Shown in pieces: positions 8,706-18,000 of a stretch of DNA of 64,000 nt (positions are counted from its first letter, which is position 1; every line of letters starts with the position of its first letter). The stretch comes from Candidatus Parcubacteria bacterium (GTDB lineage: Bacteria; Patescibacteriota; Saccharimonadia; UBA4664; JBIOIQ01). Made by a program: the position numbers and the translations under genes. Below the pieces are notes generated by a model. It saw only the letters and a program-made list of their open reading frames with translations, was not told where the DNA came from and did no database searches. The DNA is taken from positions 947,691 through 1,011,690 of the forward strand of contig OY970378.1 in NCBI GenBank assembly GCA_963718875.1, given 5' to 3'.

Positions 8706-10274
8706 TCAGGCGAAGCTATCCGGCCAGTCATTCTGCAGCAACACCACGTCCCCCGCTTTGGTCAGTTTGGGCAACGCCAATAAAGCGCTTATTTCATCGG
8801 CGTAGGTCAACAACTGACCCTTAAAGTCGCCTTCTTTCAAACCAGTTTTGATATATTCCATGACAGACGTTTCAATCAATACCACCACCTCGATACCGGC
8901 CTCTGCGAGCAGGCGCCCAATTGTTTCATGTACTATCTTGGCACGATGGGCAGTTTCGGTGATTCCGGGGGTAACATAAAAGCGTTTGTGTCCCTTTAAG
9001 CTAGCTAAGAAGTTGATTGCTACCCTAGCCCCGTCAGGGTTGCCATTATAGGCATCGTCTATTGTAACCACACCGCTGCCGTCAGTGGATGGCTCCATGC
9101 GGTGTTCAAACGGTTTAGTAGCCGCCAGTCCTTTTTCGATATCGTCCTGCGATAATCCTAAATCTTTCGCTAGTATGGCTACGGCAGCCAATGGCCCAAC
9201 TTGGTGCACTCCTAATAATTGCGACTTAATATGAAGAGTCTCTTTGCCATGCTTCATTTCAAAGTTAGTTCCCTCAAGACCGGTTGAAACTTTGCCTACG
9301 CTCCAGTCGCCAACGCCTTTTGAGCTATAAACTGTGGCTTTGTATTGCTTAGCCCGCTCGGCAGCCAATGAGCTATCGCCGTTAACGTACAGGCTCACAT
9401 TTGTCATCTGACCTTTGACCCCAGATCGAGCCCGGGGCAGGCTATCTGACGCCACGGGCGAAAAACTAGGCTTTGATATCTCAGATTCGGTGCCATCTGG
9501 ATTCAAGGCCTGGTTGGTCTGATTCTGCAGCCAGTCACCCAGCTCATAAATGGTTGAGACTGTGGCGTCAAGTGAACGAAATTTGCTTAGGTGGGCTTCA
9601 TTTATACCGGTAATAACTCCAATATCAGGTTGAACCAAACGGCTGAGCTTAGTAATGTCACCTGGAAAATATTCACCCAGTTCAAAAATTAGGATCTCTT
9701 CGTCGCTTTTTAGGTTTTCGACAAAACGGCTAATCCCTGCCGGCGTGTTTAAATTTCCGGGGGTGGCAGCCACGGCTTTGGCAGTACTCAGTACCGTGAC
9801 TAGCATTTCTTTCATGGTGGTTTTGCCAAAGCTACCTGCAATGGCAATTTTGAAAGCCGGATGATCGGCTAACCGCTTGCTGGTGCGGGCGTCGCGGACC
9901 CTTTCCTGAGGTGTCAAAATGGCAATGCGAGCAATTATGGCCGCCAAGGCTAAACTATATGCCAATAAATAGGGCGCTAAAAGACAAATGATAATTACAG
10001 ACAGCGACCACCAAATTATTAACTTTTGGCTAATGGCAAAATACAGAAGCACCACAATGATGAGCCAAGCCAAGGCAATTTCGAGCCAAACAAACAGCAA
10101 AAAACCTTTGGCGGCGGCCGTCATATCCAGTTTTCGGACGCGGGCTACTTGCTTGAAGTTGCGAGTGCGATGAAACCAACTCAGGTAATCTTGGGGACGG
10201 TACTCACTTTGTTGCAACATGTAAACCAGTGACCTGACAAACTTTAGACTATAGCGGCTAAAAAAATTACGCAT
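8706..10274 (-). CDS. murF: UDP-MurNAc-tripeptide:D-Ala-D-Ala ligase with N-terminal TM helices
   Basis: IAGSFGKTT, ATPGNLNT, IDDAYNGNP, VVLLQND; located near ddl. Confidence 0.9.
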   Translation of the reverse strand: MRNFFSRYSLKFVRSLVYMLQQSEYRPQDYLSWFHRTRNFKQVARVRKLDMTAAAKGFLLFVWLEIALAWLIIVVLLYFAISQKLIIWWSLSVIIICLLAPYLLAYSLALAAIIARIAILTPQERVRDARTSKRLADHPAFKIAIAGSFGKTTMKEMLVTVLSTAKAVAATPGNLNTPAGISRFVENLKSDEEILIFELGEYFPGDITKLSRLVQPDIGVITGINEAHLSKFRSLDATVSTIYELGDWLQNQTNQALNPDGTESEISKPSFSPVASDSLPRARSGVKGQMTNVSLYVNGDSSLAAERAKQYKATVYSSKGVGDWSVGKVSTGLEGTNFEMKHGKETLHIKSQLLGVHQVGPLAAVAILAKDLGLSQDDIEKGLAATKPFEHRMEPSTDGSGVVTIDDAYNGNPDGARVAINFLASLKGHKRFYVTPGITETAHRAKIVHETIGRLLAEAGIEVVVLIETSVMEYIKTGLKEGDFKGQLLTYADEISALLALPKLTKAGDVVLLQNDWPDSFA

Positions 10275-11016
10275 CTATAAACCGTTTCATGGACGCTATG
10301 GTAGCTTTTGGCTCGTCCAAAAACAAATAGTGTCCTGCGCCTGGAAGCACTTCCATTTGGGCGTGGGGGATGGTTTGGTGCAACAATTTACCTCGAGCCA
10401 GCGGCGCATCTGTGTCATGATCTCCCCAAAGAAGCAGGGTGGGGACACTAATTTTGGCGGCGTACTCCCTTTGGTCTTGAGTAATGATGCGACGGTAGCT
10501 TGCTTGCATAACTCCAGAATTCAAATAATCCATGGTGCCGGCATGAGAGTAGAGTCGGGTTTTGAGCCGTCTTGCAATAGCTTGGTTGCGAACAACAAGC
10601 TTTCCAAGTTTTGCCACCACTTTATAAGCCTTTTCCCGTGATGTCGGCTGTGGTCTAACGGCAGAAGCCGCCAAAAGAACCAGTTTTTGCGGCTTAATCT
10701 GCCTGCGGCCAACCAGGTTTACAGCAGTTTGGCCCCCCATTGAATGACCGACTAAAACAGTGGCTTCAATTGATATTTTGTGGCAAAAAGCGCGCGTAAA
10801 AGCAGCATATTCATCTATCCCCCAATCACTGGAGGGGGCCTGGCTTCTACCAAACCCTGGCCAGTCAAACCGCACAACCTGATGTGATTCGTAAAAACTT
10901 TCGGCAACATGGTCATACACCTGCAGGTCCGAGCCCCATCCGTGAAGCATCAACATTACGGGCCCACTGCCATGTACTTGGTAATGTACGTTCAATCCAT
11001 TTAGTATTACGTTCAT
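10267..11016 (-). CDS. Alpha/beta hydrolase
   Basis: LHGWG, GHSMGG nucleophile elbow, AGH catalytic His. Confidence 0.9.
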   Translation of the reverse strand: MNVILNGLNVHYQVHGSGPVMLMLHGWGSDLQVYDHVAESFYESHQVVRFDWPGFGRSQAPSSDWGIDEYAAFTRAFCHKISIEATVLVGHSMGGQTAVNLVGRRQIKPQKLVLLAASAVRPQPTSREKAYKVVAKLGKLVVRNQAIARRLKTRLYSHAGTMDYLNSGVMQASYRRIITQDQREYAAKISVPTLLLWGDHDTDAPLARGKLLHQTIPHAQMEVLPGAGHYLFLDEPKATIASMKRFIDA

Positions 11017-11196
11017 TTAAACTTAATACTAACATACCTTGGAGACGATACTGCCGTCCCCAAATCGAAAAAGCTCATGCAACAGCGATTTGACAATACT
11101 GACGTAAAAACGGAGCTTGGTTTTAACGGTTTTGCCAATGATGACTGTAATACCATGCGGTAGGCTGGTAGCAAGCATTAAGCTAAGGAGGTAACA

Positions 11197-11352
11197 ATGT
11201 TACAAGACCATGACGAAAGCGATTTGAGGGCGGAAGCTGCAGACGCTGCAGACCAAACTGACTTGCCGGCGGGATTTTACGAAGATCTTGACCCGGCTGA
11301 GGTTGACCAGGTAACCGGGGATCAAAAAACTGACGACCGTATCGACCTTTAA
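11197..11352 (+). CDS. 51-aa very acidic protein (not in ORF track)
   Basis: TAAGGAGG RBS, ATG...TAA, terminator AATCGGCTGC/GCAGCCGATT plus T-run at 11371-11400. Confidence 0.7.
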   Translation: MLQDHDESDLRAEAADAADQTDLPAGFYEDLDPAEVDQVTGDQKTDDRIDL

Positions 11353-11478
11353 ACAAAATTTGAAAACATTAATCGGCTGCCGAGTGCAGCCGATTTTTTA
11401 TGGCTAGAAAAATAAAAGTAGGGTTAGGGAAGATGATTTCGCTTATGGAAATATTAGCGCGTTTTAAGGTCATTTCAG

Positions 11479-12090
11479 CTAGGACAAGGCTGGCACCACC
11501 CGTATATTGCTTTCGCCAGTTACTTGTTTTGACGTAATCACACTTGTGTGTAAGCTACTAATCTCTTGTATCGCATCCTTGTGGGCTTGCCGACCAAAGT
11601 GGCTTTGGCGATATGCGCAATAAAGCGTAAATCTATACTCTCGAGCGAGATTATTCCAGAGTTGCTCCAATAATACAGCTCCGGATTGGTTGTTTTGCTC
11701 CCATAGGACAGAGACCATTTCTCCAAAAGCTTTTACCGTTTGGCCATTACGTGAAAGTCGTTCTATCAACGAGCCAATTATTTCCTCAAAACGCTCCCGG
11801 TTCGGAAGACCATTTACTATGAATTGGTCTAAAGTTTCGGAAGCATTTAAGCAGACCAGGATGTCCTGCTGTTTGGCTTTTGCCAAGTCAAATTTCTTTT
11901 GCTCAAGTAAACCTTCCAGGGCTTTCAAATGAGGAGCAGTCGCGATTACTATACAGGGGTCGCCGTTTTGTAATCCCCCTCCAATAAATTTGCCTAAGTT
12001 TTCATATAGCGCTTTATCCTGATCGTACAGTTCAACAAAATGTTCGTTTTCATAAATTTCGGCTATTGTGTGTGCGTTTCTGGTTTTCAC
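11479..12090 (-). CDS. Stand-alone MEDS (DcmR-like sensory) domain protein
   Basis: HFVELY, AFGEMVSVLW, LEQLWNNL, LYCAY. Confidence 0.85.
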   Translation of the reverse strand: MKTRNAHTIAEIYENEHFVELYDQDKALYENLGKFIGGGLQNGDPCIVIATAPHLKALEGLLEQKKFDLAKAKQQDILVCLNASETLDQFIVNGLPNRERFEEIIGSLIERLSRNGQTVKAFGEMVSVLWEQNNQSGAVLLEQLWNNLAREYRFTLYCAYRQSHFGRQAHKDAIQEISSLHTSVITSKQVTGESNIRVVPALS

Positions 12091-12222
12091 GTGTCCCCTC
12101 TTTATTATTTGGCTAACAGTTTACTTTTAAATCATGCAATATAGTTTGGATAATCATCCAATTATATTGAACTATTTCTTATAGACTTTGTGGTCCCCCA
12201 GACGAGTTAAGAGAAAATTTTA

Positions 12223-12295
12223 TGGTGGAGCATAACGGGATCCCGCCACGGCGGATAAACTTCCCGTTGACCTGTCGCCGCGGCGACAGGTCTGT
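12223..12295 (-). pseudogene. 3' half of a palindrome-decorated tRNA-Ala copy
   Basis: AGGTCAACGG[insert]GATCCCGTTATGCTCCACCA matches the 3' end of the adjacent tRNA. Confidence 0.75.
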
Positions 12296-12306
12296 TTAAA
12301 AAAACT

Positions 12307-12382
<76 letters not shown>

Positions 12383-12409
12383 CTCAAGTTTTTTCAAAAA
12401 TGTGAGCTA

Positions 12410-12649
12410 CTACAGCCCCATGCTTTTCAATTCATCACTGCCTCTTCCGGTTTTGAGGTACCTTTCTCTGGATACTACTTCTGATCTGGTTTGGAAGTTC
12501 TCAGAGTGAAGTAGAGCGAAGGGCTTATTAAGCTTATCGTAACCACTTTTGCCGGCATTGTGCTCCGATAACCGTTTACTCAGATTATCTGTAGATCCGG
12601 TGTATCGACGCTGATTTTTTTGACTTTTCAGAATATACACATAATACAT
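12410..12649 (-). CDS. Small GIY-YIG nuclease
   Basis: YYVYIL...YTGSTDNLSKRLSEHN...RERYLKTG. Confidence 0.92.
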   Translation of the reverse strand: MYYVYILKSQKNQRRYTGSTDNLSKRLSEHNAGKSGYDKLNKPFALLHSENFQTRSEVVSRERYLKTGRGSDELKSMGL

Positions 12650-12656
12650 AATATTT

Positions 12657-12718
12657 ACCGACCTGTCGCCTAGGCGACCGCTCTACCTCCGTCAGCTGAC
12701 GGATGAGCTACTGCCCCG
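12657..12718 (-). pseudogene. 5' half of a palindrome-decorated tRNA-Ala copy
   Basis: GGGGCAGTAGCTCA[TCCGTCAGCTGACGGA]GGTAGAGCG followed by GTCGCCTAGGCGACAGGTC. Confidence 0.7.
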
Positions 12719-12792
12719 TAGTTGTTTTTTAACCAAACTTGGAACTCGGGTTATTCTACCAACTTATAGTTCCGGCAGCAACAGCGGACTTT

Positions 12793-13053
12793 TTAAAAGT
12801 TGGCTAGTTCGGAGTCTAGCTTGGTTTCATCTTCAGTCGGAACATCAAGGTTCTCTTGACTTAATTGGACATCGGCTGACTGAAGATCGCTATCAGACTT
12901 AAGCGTCGCGGTTGGAGTAGTTGCAACAGGCGCAGACGTGGTCGAGCGTTTTGATTTTACTTTGCCTATAACCACCACCAACACTGCTACCACAATTAGT
13001 AAAAGTATGGTCTCTATAATAATTACGCCTGCCTGATTTTTTACTGGTTTCAT
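12793..13053 (-). CDS. Small pilin-like membrane protein
   Basis: KNQAG/VIIIE class III signal-like site followed by a hydrophobic helix. Confidence 0.65.
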   Translation of the reverse strand: MKPVKNQAGVIIIETILLLIVVAVLVVVIGKVKSKRSTTSAPVATTPTATLKSDSDLQSADVQLSQENLDVPTEDETKLDSELANF

Positions 13054-13685
13054 TGAGATACTCCAGTCTTGGTTGTTTCGCCGTTGGCAGCTCTAACAGC
13101 CTTAATCAGCTCTCGTACTGAATCACGGTAGGCTTTTAAGTCACTGCGAGCTAAGGCGGCGCCGGTTTGGAAAGATTTGAGTGTCCCTTTGGGGTTAGTG
13201 CCGTCACACCTGAAGCTACTGGAATCAGTTTTAAGGGTGGAAAGGGTGGCCACCACTTTGTCTTTAGCTGCTTGGATTTGAGCCAGCAAGGCTTGCTCCT
13301 GAGCCACTGTTAAATTTTTCTTAGTAGCAAAATCGCGAACTTTTTGGCTAATATTTTCAAACACTTGCAGCTGTCGCTGAATGTGGACGGTAAAGTTTGA
13401 GGTGTGCTGGCCAATTTTGGCCTCCGCTTGTTGGCACTTTTGCTTTTTAGTACTATCAAGCCTTTCAACTTGTTTAGCCGCCTCAACTCTCTCTTTAAGG
13501 TGCTTGGTTTGTAAGGCACGTAATGCTTCAATCTCGACTTTAGTAGGCTTGCGAATTTCTGTTTCGGTAGCAGAATAAGTAGTTCTTTCCGAACCATTCT
13601 CTTCATTGGCGAGTACAGCTGAGCTTGTGCTCACAACAAGGATGCTCGCCATCAGTAAGCTATGTGTAAATGAGACTTTTTTCAT
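13050..13685 (-). CDS. Secreted helical hypothetical protein
   Basis: Signal peptide, coiled-coil composition, two Cys. Confidence 0.75.
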   Translation of the reverse strand: MKKVSFTHSLLMASILVVSTSSAVLANEENGSERTTYSATETEIRKPTKVEIEALRALQTKHLKERVEAAKQVERLDSTKKQKCQQAEAKIGQHTSNFTVHIQRQLQVFENISQKVRDFATKKNLTVAQEQALLAQIQAAKDKVVATLSTLKTDSSSFRCDGTNPKGTLKSFQTGAALARSDLKAYRDSVRELIKAVRAANGETTKTGVSQ

Positions 13686-13762
13686 TCAATTTCCTGTTTA
13701 TGCTTAGTTTTAGTTTACTGCTAGTGCTTTAAAAACTCAAATTCTTGAATAACCCAAGTCCT

Positions 13763-14203
13763 TTATCGATGGACGTATTTGATAATAGCCTTGTTTTCTG
13801 TGAGCTCTATGTAAGCAATTTGGTCGTGATTATCTGGCTTGTCTTTAATTGTTGCAGTCGTTCTTTTGCCCACTTGAGGATCTACACCCACTTCTGAGCT
13901 TGACTCCAGAGTCCACCCGACCTTGTCGACGCTAGACTTAAGCTCTTCTAGGGCTAGATTAGCGCTTTTACTTGTGAAGTATGTTCTTTCAATAACTCCA
14001 CATTCCTCCCATCCACCGAAACAAAGGCCAGATATGGAGCCTTTGCCGCTAGTCAAAGCCCAAGTGTGTGGGATGGGAGCATTAAATTTTTTATCTTGAA
14101 AGGCAAGAGCGAGGCTGGCTATAATCGATAAAACAATTAAGATCGATAGTATAGACAGTCCTAGTAAAAGACGTTTTAGTAACTTTTTATTTTTTAAGTT
14201 CAT
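13763..14203 (-). CDS. Membrane-anchored hypothetical protein
   Basis: Basic N-terminus followed by one TM helix. Confidence 0.65.
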   Translation of the reverse strand: MNLKNKKLLKRLLLGLSILSILIVLSIIASLALAFQDKKFNAPIPHTWALTSGKGSISGLCFGGWEECGVIERTYFTSKSANLALEELKSSVDKVGWTLESSSEVGVDPQVGKRTTATIKDKPDNHDQIAYIELTENKAIIKYVHR

Positions 14204-14226
14204 GCGTAGCTATATTAACATAGTTC

Positions 14227-14509
14227 TGGTGAAGCTTAAGGAGATTGTGGCTTCGCCACCTCTCGGAGCCTGCCCCGGACTTGATCCGGGGGTGCTCGAC
14301 ATGAACAAACGATGTTTGTTCATGCTCTCCAGCTCCTCGTTCACCTGAACTCCAAGGGAGTTCTCACTCCCGCATCTCCTGGTGGAGCTTAAGGAGATTG
14401 TGGCTTCGCCACCTCCCTGTGGTGCTCGACATGAACAAACGATGTTTGTTCATGCTCTCCAGCTCCTCGTTCACCTGAACTCCAAGGGAGTTCTCACTCC
14501 CGCATCTCC
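14227..14509 (-). repeat. Two tandem tRNA-linked repeats (153 and 130 bp)
   Basis: Units 14380-14509 and 14227-14379 are nearly identical, each ending in a tRNA-Ala-like 3' end. Confidence 0.92.
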
Positions 14510-14585
14510 TGGTGGAGCTGGGGAGATTCGAACTCCCTACCTCTGCAATGCGAATGCAGCGCTCTACCAAGTGAGCTACAGCCCC
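14510..14585 (-). tRNA. tRNA-Ala (CGC)
   Basis: GGGGCTGTAGCTCACTTGGTAGAGCGCTGCATTCGCATTGCAG...TTCGAATC...CTCCACCA. Confidence 0.97.
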
Positions 14586-14626
14586 ATAAACTCAATTTTC
14601 ATTTCCGTCAGCTGACGGAGCAATTT

Positions 14627-14833
14627 TCAGTTTTCAGTTTCAGGAGTTTCGGGATTTTCTTGTTTGGGTTCAGTAGCCTCAAGGCGCTGAGACTGCTCTC
14701 TTAGTCTGTCTGCTTCATCGGCTATTTGGCTTAGCCTCTCCTGGTGGGCTTGATCAAGCATCTGACTGATTTCATCCCTCCCCACCTGGGCATTGGGATT
14801 TCCACTTGGATCATTTTCAATACTCATAACCAC
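14627..14833 (-). CDS. Small acidic hypothetical protein
   Basis: Overlaps the obgE stop; charged helical sequence. Confidence 0.55.
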   Translation of the reverse strand: MVMSIENDPSGNPNAQVGRDEISQMLDQAHQERLSQIADEADRLREQSQRLEATEPKQENPETPETEN

Positions 14834-16392
14834 TCCATTTCATTAGTACCGATTCTTATAATATCACCTGGCTCGACTCCATGCTTAATAAGCTCTTTGC
14901 CAACGCCTGTTTTGCGCAAAATGTCGCGCATACGCTCCACAGCATCTTGGTTGTCCCAGTCAGTACGACGGCCATGGCCTTCAATGTTGCCGCCCATCAC
15001 CCGCCAAGAGCCATCCGGTTCTTGTTCTAATTTCCATAAATTTGGAAAATCCATTTGGTCAATAACGGCTTTAGGCTCGGCCTCGGCGGCGGCTTTTCGC
15101 GCCTCTCGTGCCACCATCACTAACTGCGCCGTTCGACGTAACAAAACATCGAGACCCCGGTGAGCTACTGCTGATATGGCGAAAATACTAGTCTTGTCAT
15201 CCTCGACAGAAAGGTCACTCTCATCCACATGATTATTGGCCTTGTCGACCGCTTCTGATCGGGGATCCAGTTGACTAGGTTCCCTATCCGGAGCGAGGTT
15301 GTCTAATTTATGGTTAGTCTCGTCTTCCGATAGGGAATGACGTTTGAGGATGGTTTGTTCGTCTGGATTTGAAATCTGACTTCTGGAGATTACCGATGCT
15401 AGTTTTTCCATTTGACTTTTTAATTCCTCAGCCGTAACTGTTTCGATCTTGGTTAGCACTACCAGTTGCGGACGCTGTGTAAGGTCAACACTGTACGAAG
15501 TTAGCTCGTTTATTATAGTCAGGTAGTCGCGTTCAATGTCGTTTGAGTCAACGCTAATAAGGTGTAGTATTACCGCCGTGCGCTCGATGTGCCGTAAAAA
15601 TTCATCACCTAAGCCTTTGCCTTCGCTGGCTCCTTCAATTAGGCCCGGAATATCGGCTACTAAAAAAGTGTTTTGCTCAAAGTCGACGACACCCAGGTTT
15701 GGCACCAAGGTGGTGAACGGGTAGTCGGCTATTTCTGGCTTGGCGTTACTAATGACGGACAGGAGTGTGGACTTTCCCGCGTTTGGCAATCCTACCAGTC
15801 CAACGTCTGCCACTAGTTTAAGCTCCAAGGCAACGCGAAGTTTTTCGCCCGGCTCGCCTTTTTCCGCTAAATGCGGGGTTTGGCGGACGGAAGATATAAA
15901 GTGTGCATTACCAAACCCGCCGCGGCCACCTTTGGCCACAACCACTTGTTGGCCATCGTCGGTAAGATCGGCCAATACCTTAGCATCGTGAGTCGTGATC
16001 GGAGAGTTGTGAGTTGTCCTTCTATCTGGATTAGAAGTCAGACTTACATCTTTGATGCTTGTAGGACCTGGATTAGAAGTCTGACTTCTAGCCTGGGGCA
16101 TTTCATAAATAACTGTACCTACCGGCACTCTAATAATCATGTCCTGACCACTTTTACCTGCCTTGCGGTTGCCACCACCTGGAGCGCCGTCTTCAGCCTC
16201 TACTTTGCGGTTAGTGCGGTATTTGCTTAAAGTATTTTGGTTGTGGCTTGATTCAAATATAATGCTGCCACCACGGCCGCCATCGCCGCCATCGGCTCCG
16301 CCTTTGGCGCGGTATTTTTCGTGACGAAAGCCCATCTTGCCATCGCCGCCTTTGCCCGCCCGTAATTCGATTTCAGCTTTATCAGTAAACAT
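14824..16392 (-). CDS. obgE: GTPase ObgE/CgtA with two repeat-derived insertions
   Basis: Gly-rich Obg fold, GLPNAGKST, YPFTT, DIPG, C-terminal OCT domain. Confidence 0.95.
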   Translation of the reverse strand: MFTDKAEIELRAGKGGDGKMGFRHEKYRAKGGADGGDGGRGGSIIFESSHNQNTLSKYRTNRKVEAEDGAPGGGNRKAGKSGQDMIIRVPVGTVIYEMPQARSQTSNPGPTSIKDVSLTSNPDRRTTHNSPITTHDAKVLADLTDDGQQVVVAKGGRGGFGNAHFISSVRQTPHLAEKGEPGEKLRVALELKLVADVGLVGLPNAGKSTLLSVISNAKPEIADYPFTTLVPNLGVVDFEQNTFLVADIPGLIEGASEGKGLGDEFLRHIERTAVILHLISVDSNDIERDYLTIINELTSYSVDLTQRPQLVVLTKIETVTAEELKSQMEKLASVISRSQISNPDEQTILKRHSLSEDETNHKLDNLAPDREPSQLDPRSEAVDKANNHVDESDLSVEDDKTSIFAISAVAHRGLDVLLRRTAQLVMVAREARKAAAEAEPKAVIDQMDFPNLWKLEQEPDGSWRVMGGNIEGHGRRTDWDNQDAVERMRDILRKTGVGKELIKHGVEPGDIIRIGTNEMEWL

Positions 16393-16517
16393 TTAGTTCA
16401 AGTTTCATTTAAACAATTTTCATTATCGTTCGAGGAGTCCCCATGGCGAGACGACGAGAGACTAACTGTTACTAGGTCTCACTGCGTTCGAACAATAGTT
16501 TTATTATAGCACGTTAC

Positions 16518-16546
16518 TTGACTTTTAATGATTAAATTAATATAAT
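16518..16546 (+). promoter_or_regulatory. Near-consensus sigma70 promoter
   Basis: TTGACT-N17-TATAAT. Confidence 0.75.
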
Positions 16547-16590
16547 ATTGATACGAGTTCACATATTCTTTTTCTTTGACTGGAGGTCAA

Positions 16591-16827
16591 GTGCTAGTCG
16601 GATTGGCCATTGGCATTGGAATCTACGCCGTCGGTGCGATCATCTTTTTCATCTCGGCCGCCAAATCTCTGCTGAGAGATGGAAGTGAGCGGCTTGACAA
16701 CGTGGTGGCTTTGGCAGTTGGATTCAGCATTGTCTGGCTTCCTTTCATTATCTGGGTCGGGTGGGAGGAGTGGAGGTATTCGTCAAACAAAAATTGGTAC
16801 CGAACCATGTGGAGCAATTGGTTCTAG
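16591..16827 (+). CDS. Small two-TM protein (paralog 1)
   Basis: GGAGG RBS before GTG. Confidence 0.65.
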   Translation: MLVGLAIGIGIYAVGAIIFFISAAKSLLRDGSERLDNVVALAVGFSIVWLPFIIWVGWEEWRYSSNKNWYRTMWSNWF

Positions 16828-16876
16828 ATGTGTTCTACCGATGCTAAACCTTGGACCACACCGCGAAGGGGAACAA

Positions 16877-17095
16877 ATGTACCTTGTCACTATCCTTATT
16901 CTTGCCGTTCTGGGCGTATATCTAGCCGTGGGTGCTCGGCTTGGCTGGAAGACTACGACAGACAGTGGCGACGCCATCATTGACAGGCTGGTGTTCGCCT
17001 GGCTGATCGCCATCACCTGGGGGCCGATAGTGGCTTGGGGGTTGAACAGCTCGCGCATGTACAGGGCGCGAAGACGAGACCCCAGTTATCGCTAA
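16877..17095 (+). CDS. Small two-TM protein (paralog 2)
   Basis: GAAGGGG RBS before ATG. Confidence 0.6.
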   Translation: MYLVTILILAVLGVYLAVGARLGWKTTTDSGDAIIDRLVFAWLIAITWGPIVAWGLNSSRMYRARRRDPSYR

Positions 17096-17310
17096 GTACC
17101 CCAACAACCGTCCTGGGGGATCCACCCAAGCTGTCTCCGTCCGCTCGGCCGAGAATCATCGGCCTCACGTCCTCATACCGCGAATCAGGCGACTTTCGCC
17201 CCCGCGGTTTGGGGGCGTTTGTCGTTATAGCACTACTTGACCTTTGGCTTTTCATTAGCATAATATTTATGCACTACCATGCACTTTTTCCGATCCAGGA
17301 GGATTGCGTA

Positions 17311-17547
17311 ATGAAGTTTGGTTTGGCTATCGCATATGCCATTGTCGTTACCACCTACTTCGCGATCGGATTCATTGGCGAGATAAGGTCGCCTGAGTCT
17401 AGCAGGAGGGACAGCAAGTTCAGCACGGCTCTAGGCGTAGGCTGCATCTGGGGATTTGTATTCGTCTTGGAGTACCAGGAAATACAGAACTCACACCCCA
17501 AAAAAATCCGGGCTGCATGGCGGGAGGCTTGGCACGAAGTCTTTTGA
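17311..17547 (+). CDS. Small two-TM protein (paralog 3)
   Basis: AGGAGG RBS; own TTGACC...CATAAT promoter. Confidence 0.65.
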   Translation: MKFGLAIAYAIVVTTYFAIGFIGEIRSPESSRRDSKFSTALGVGCIWGFVFVLEYQEIQNSHPKKIRAAWREAWHEVF

Positions 17548-17556
17548 CCAGATCCC

Positions 17557-17856
17557 ATGCCGACTGAATCTGACCAGGAGGCGCTCCAGGCCGCCATCAT
17601 CGAGATCCTGCGTCCACACGGTGGAAACGTTACTACTGTGTTCGTTGCCCTCATGAAGCGCGGCGGTTTTGAATGGGTGGAAGACGGAAGCCCAATCTAC
17701 GCGGCCGTCACGGTACTTAAGAAAAATGGTAAGGTCGAACTAGCTGAAACCTCCCCATATGGATTAGCCTGGCGGCTCACACAGAAAGACTGCACATCCG
17801 CGAGCCATCCGACCCAATCAGGCCCCGCAGGCCCTGCCACAACGTTCAACGACTGA
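17557..17856 (+). CDS. Hypothetical protein, possible winged helix
   Basis: IIEIL...IYAAVTVLKKNGKVE...WRLT pattern; terminator at ~17856-17893. Confidence 0.55.
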   Translation: MPTESDQEALQAAIIEILRPHGGNVTTVFVALMKRGGFEWVEDGSPIYAAVTVLKKNGKVELAETSPYGLAWRLTQKDCTSASHPTQSGPAGPATTFND

Positions 17857-18000
17857 ACGCCCCCGGCAGGTTTTGCGGGGACGTTCTTTTTTTTCGAGGG
17901 AGTCGGAAAATGACCGAAGCAATCTCATAAGCGTGCCTGTTGGCAGACAGGAAGAGCCCGAAACCCGCATCTATCAGTTGACGGAGAGACGTATTAATGA

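Noticed and set aside
14227-14509. Possible CRISPR array
   Set aside because: Units are 130-153 bp and nearly identical with no unique spacers; they derive from the tRNA, and no cas genes are present
14364-14615. ORFs overlapping tRNA-Ala(CGC)
   Set aside because: Shadow frames across the tRNA and its repeats
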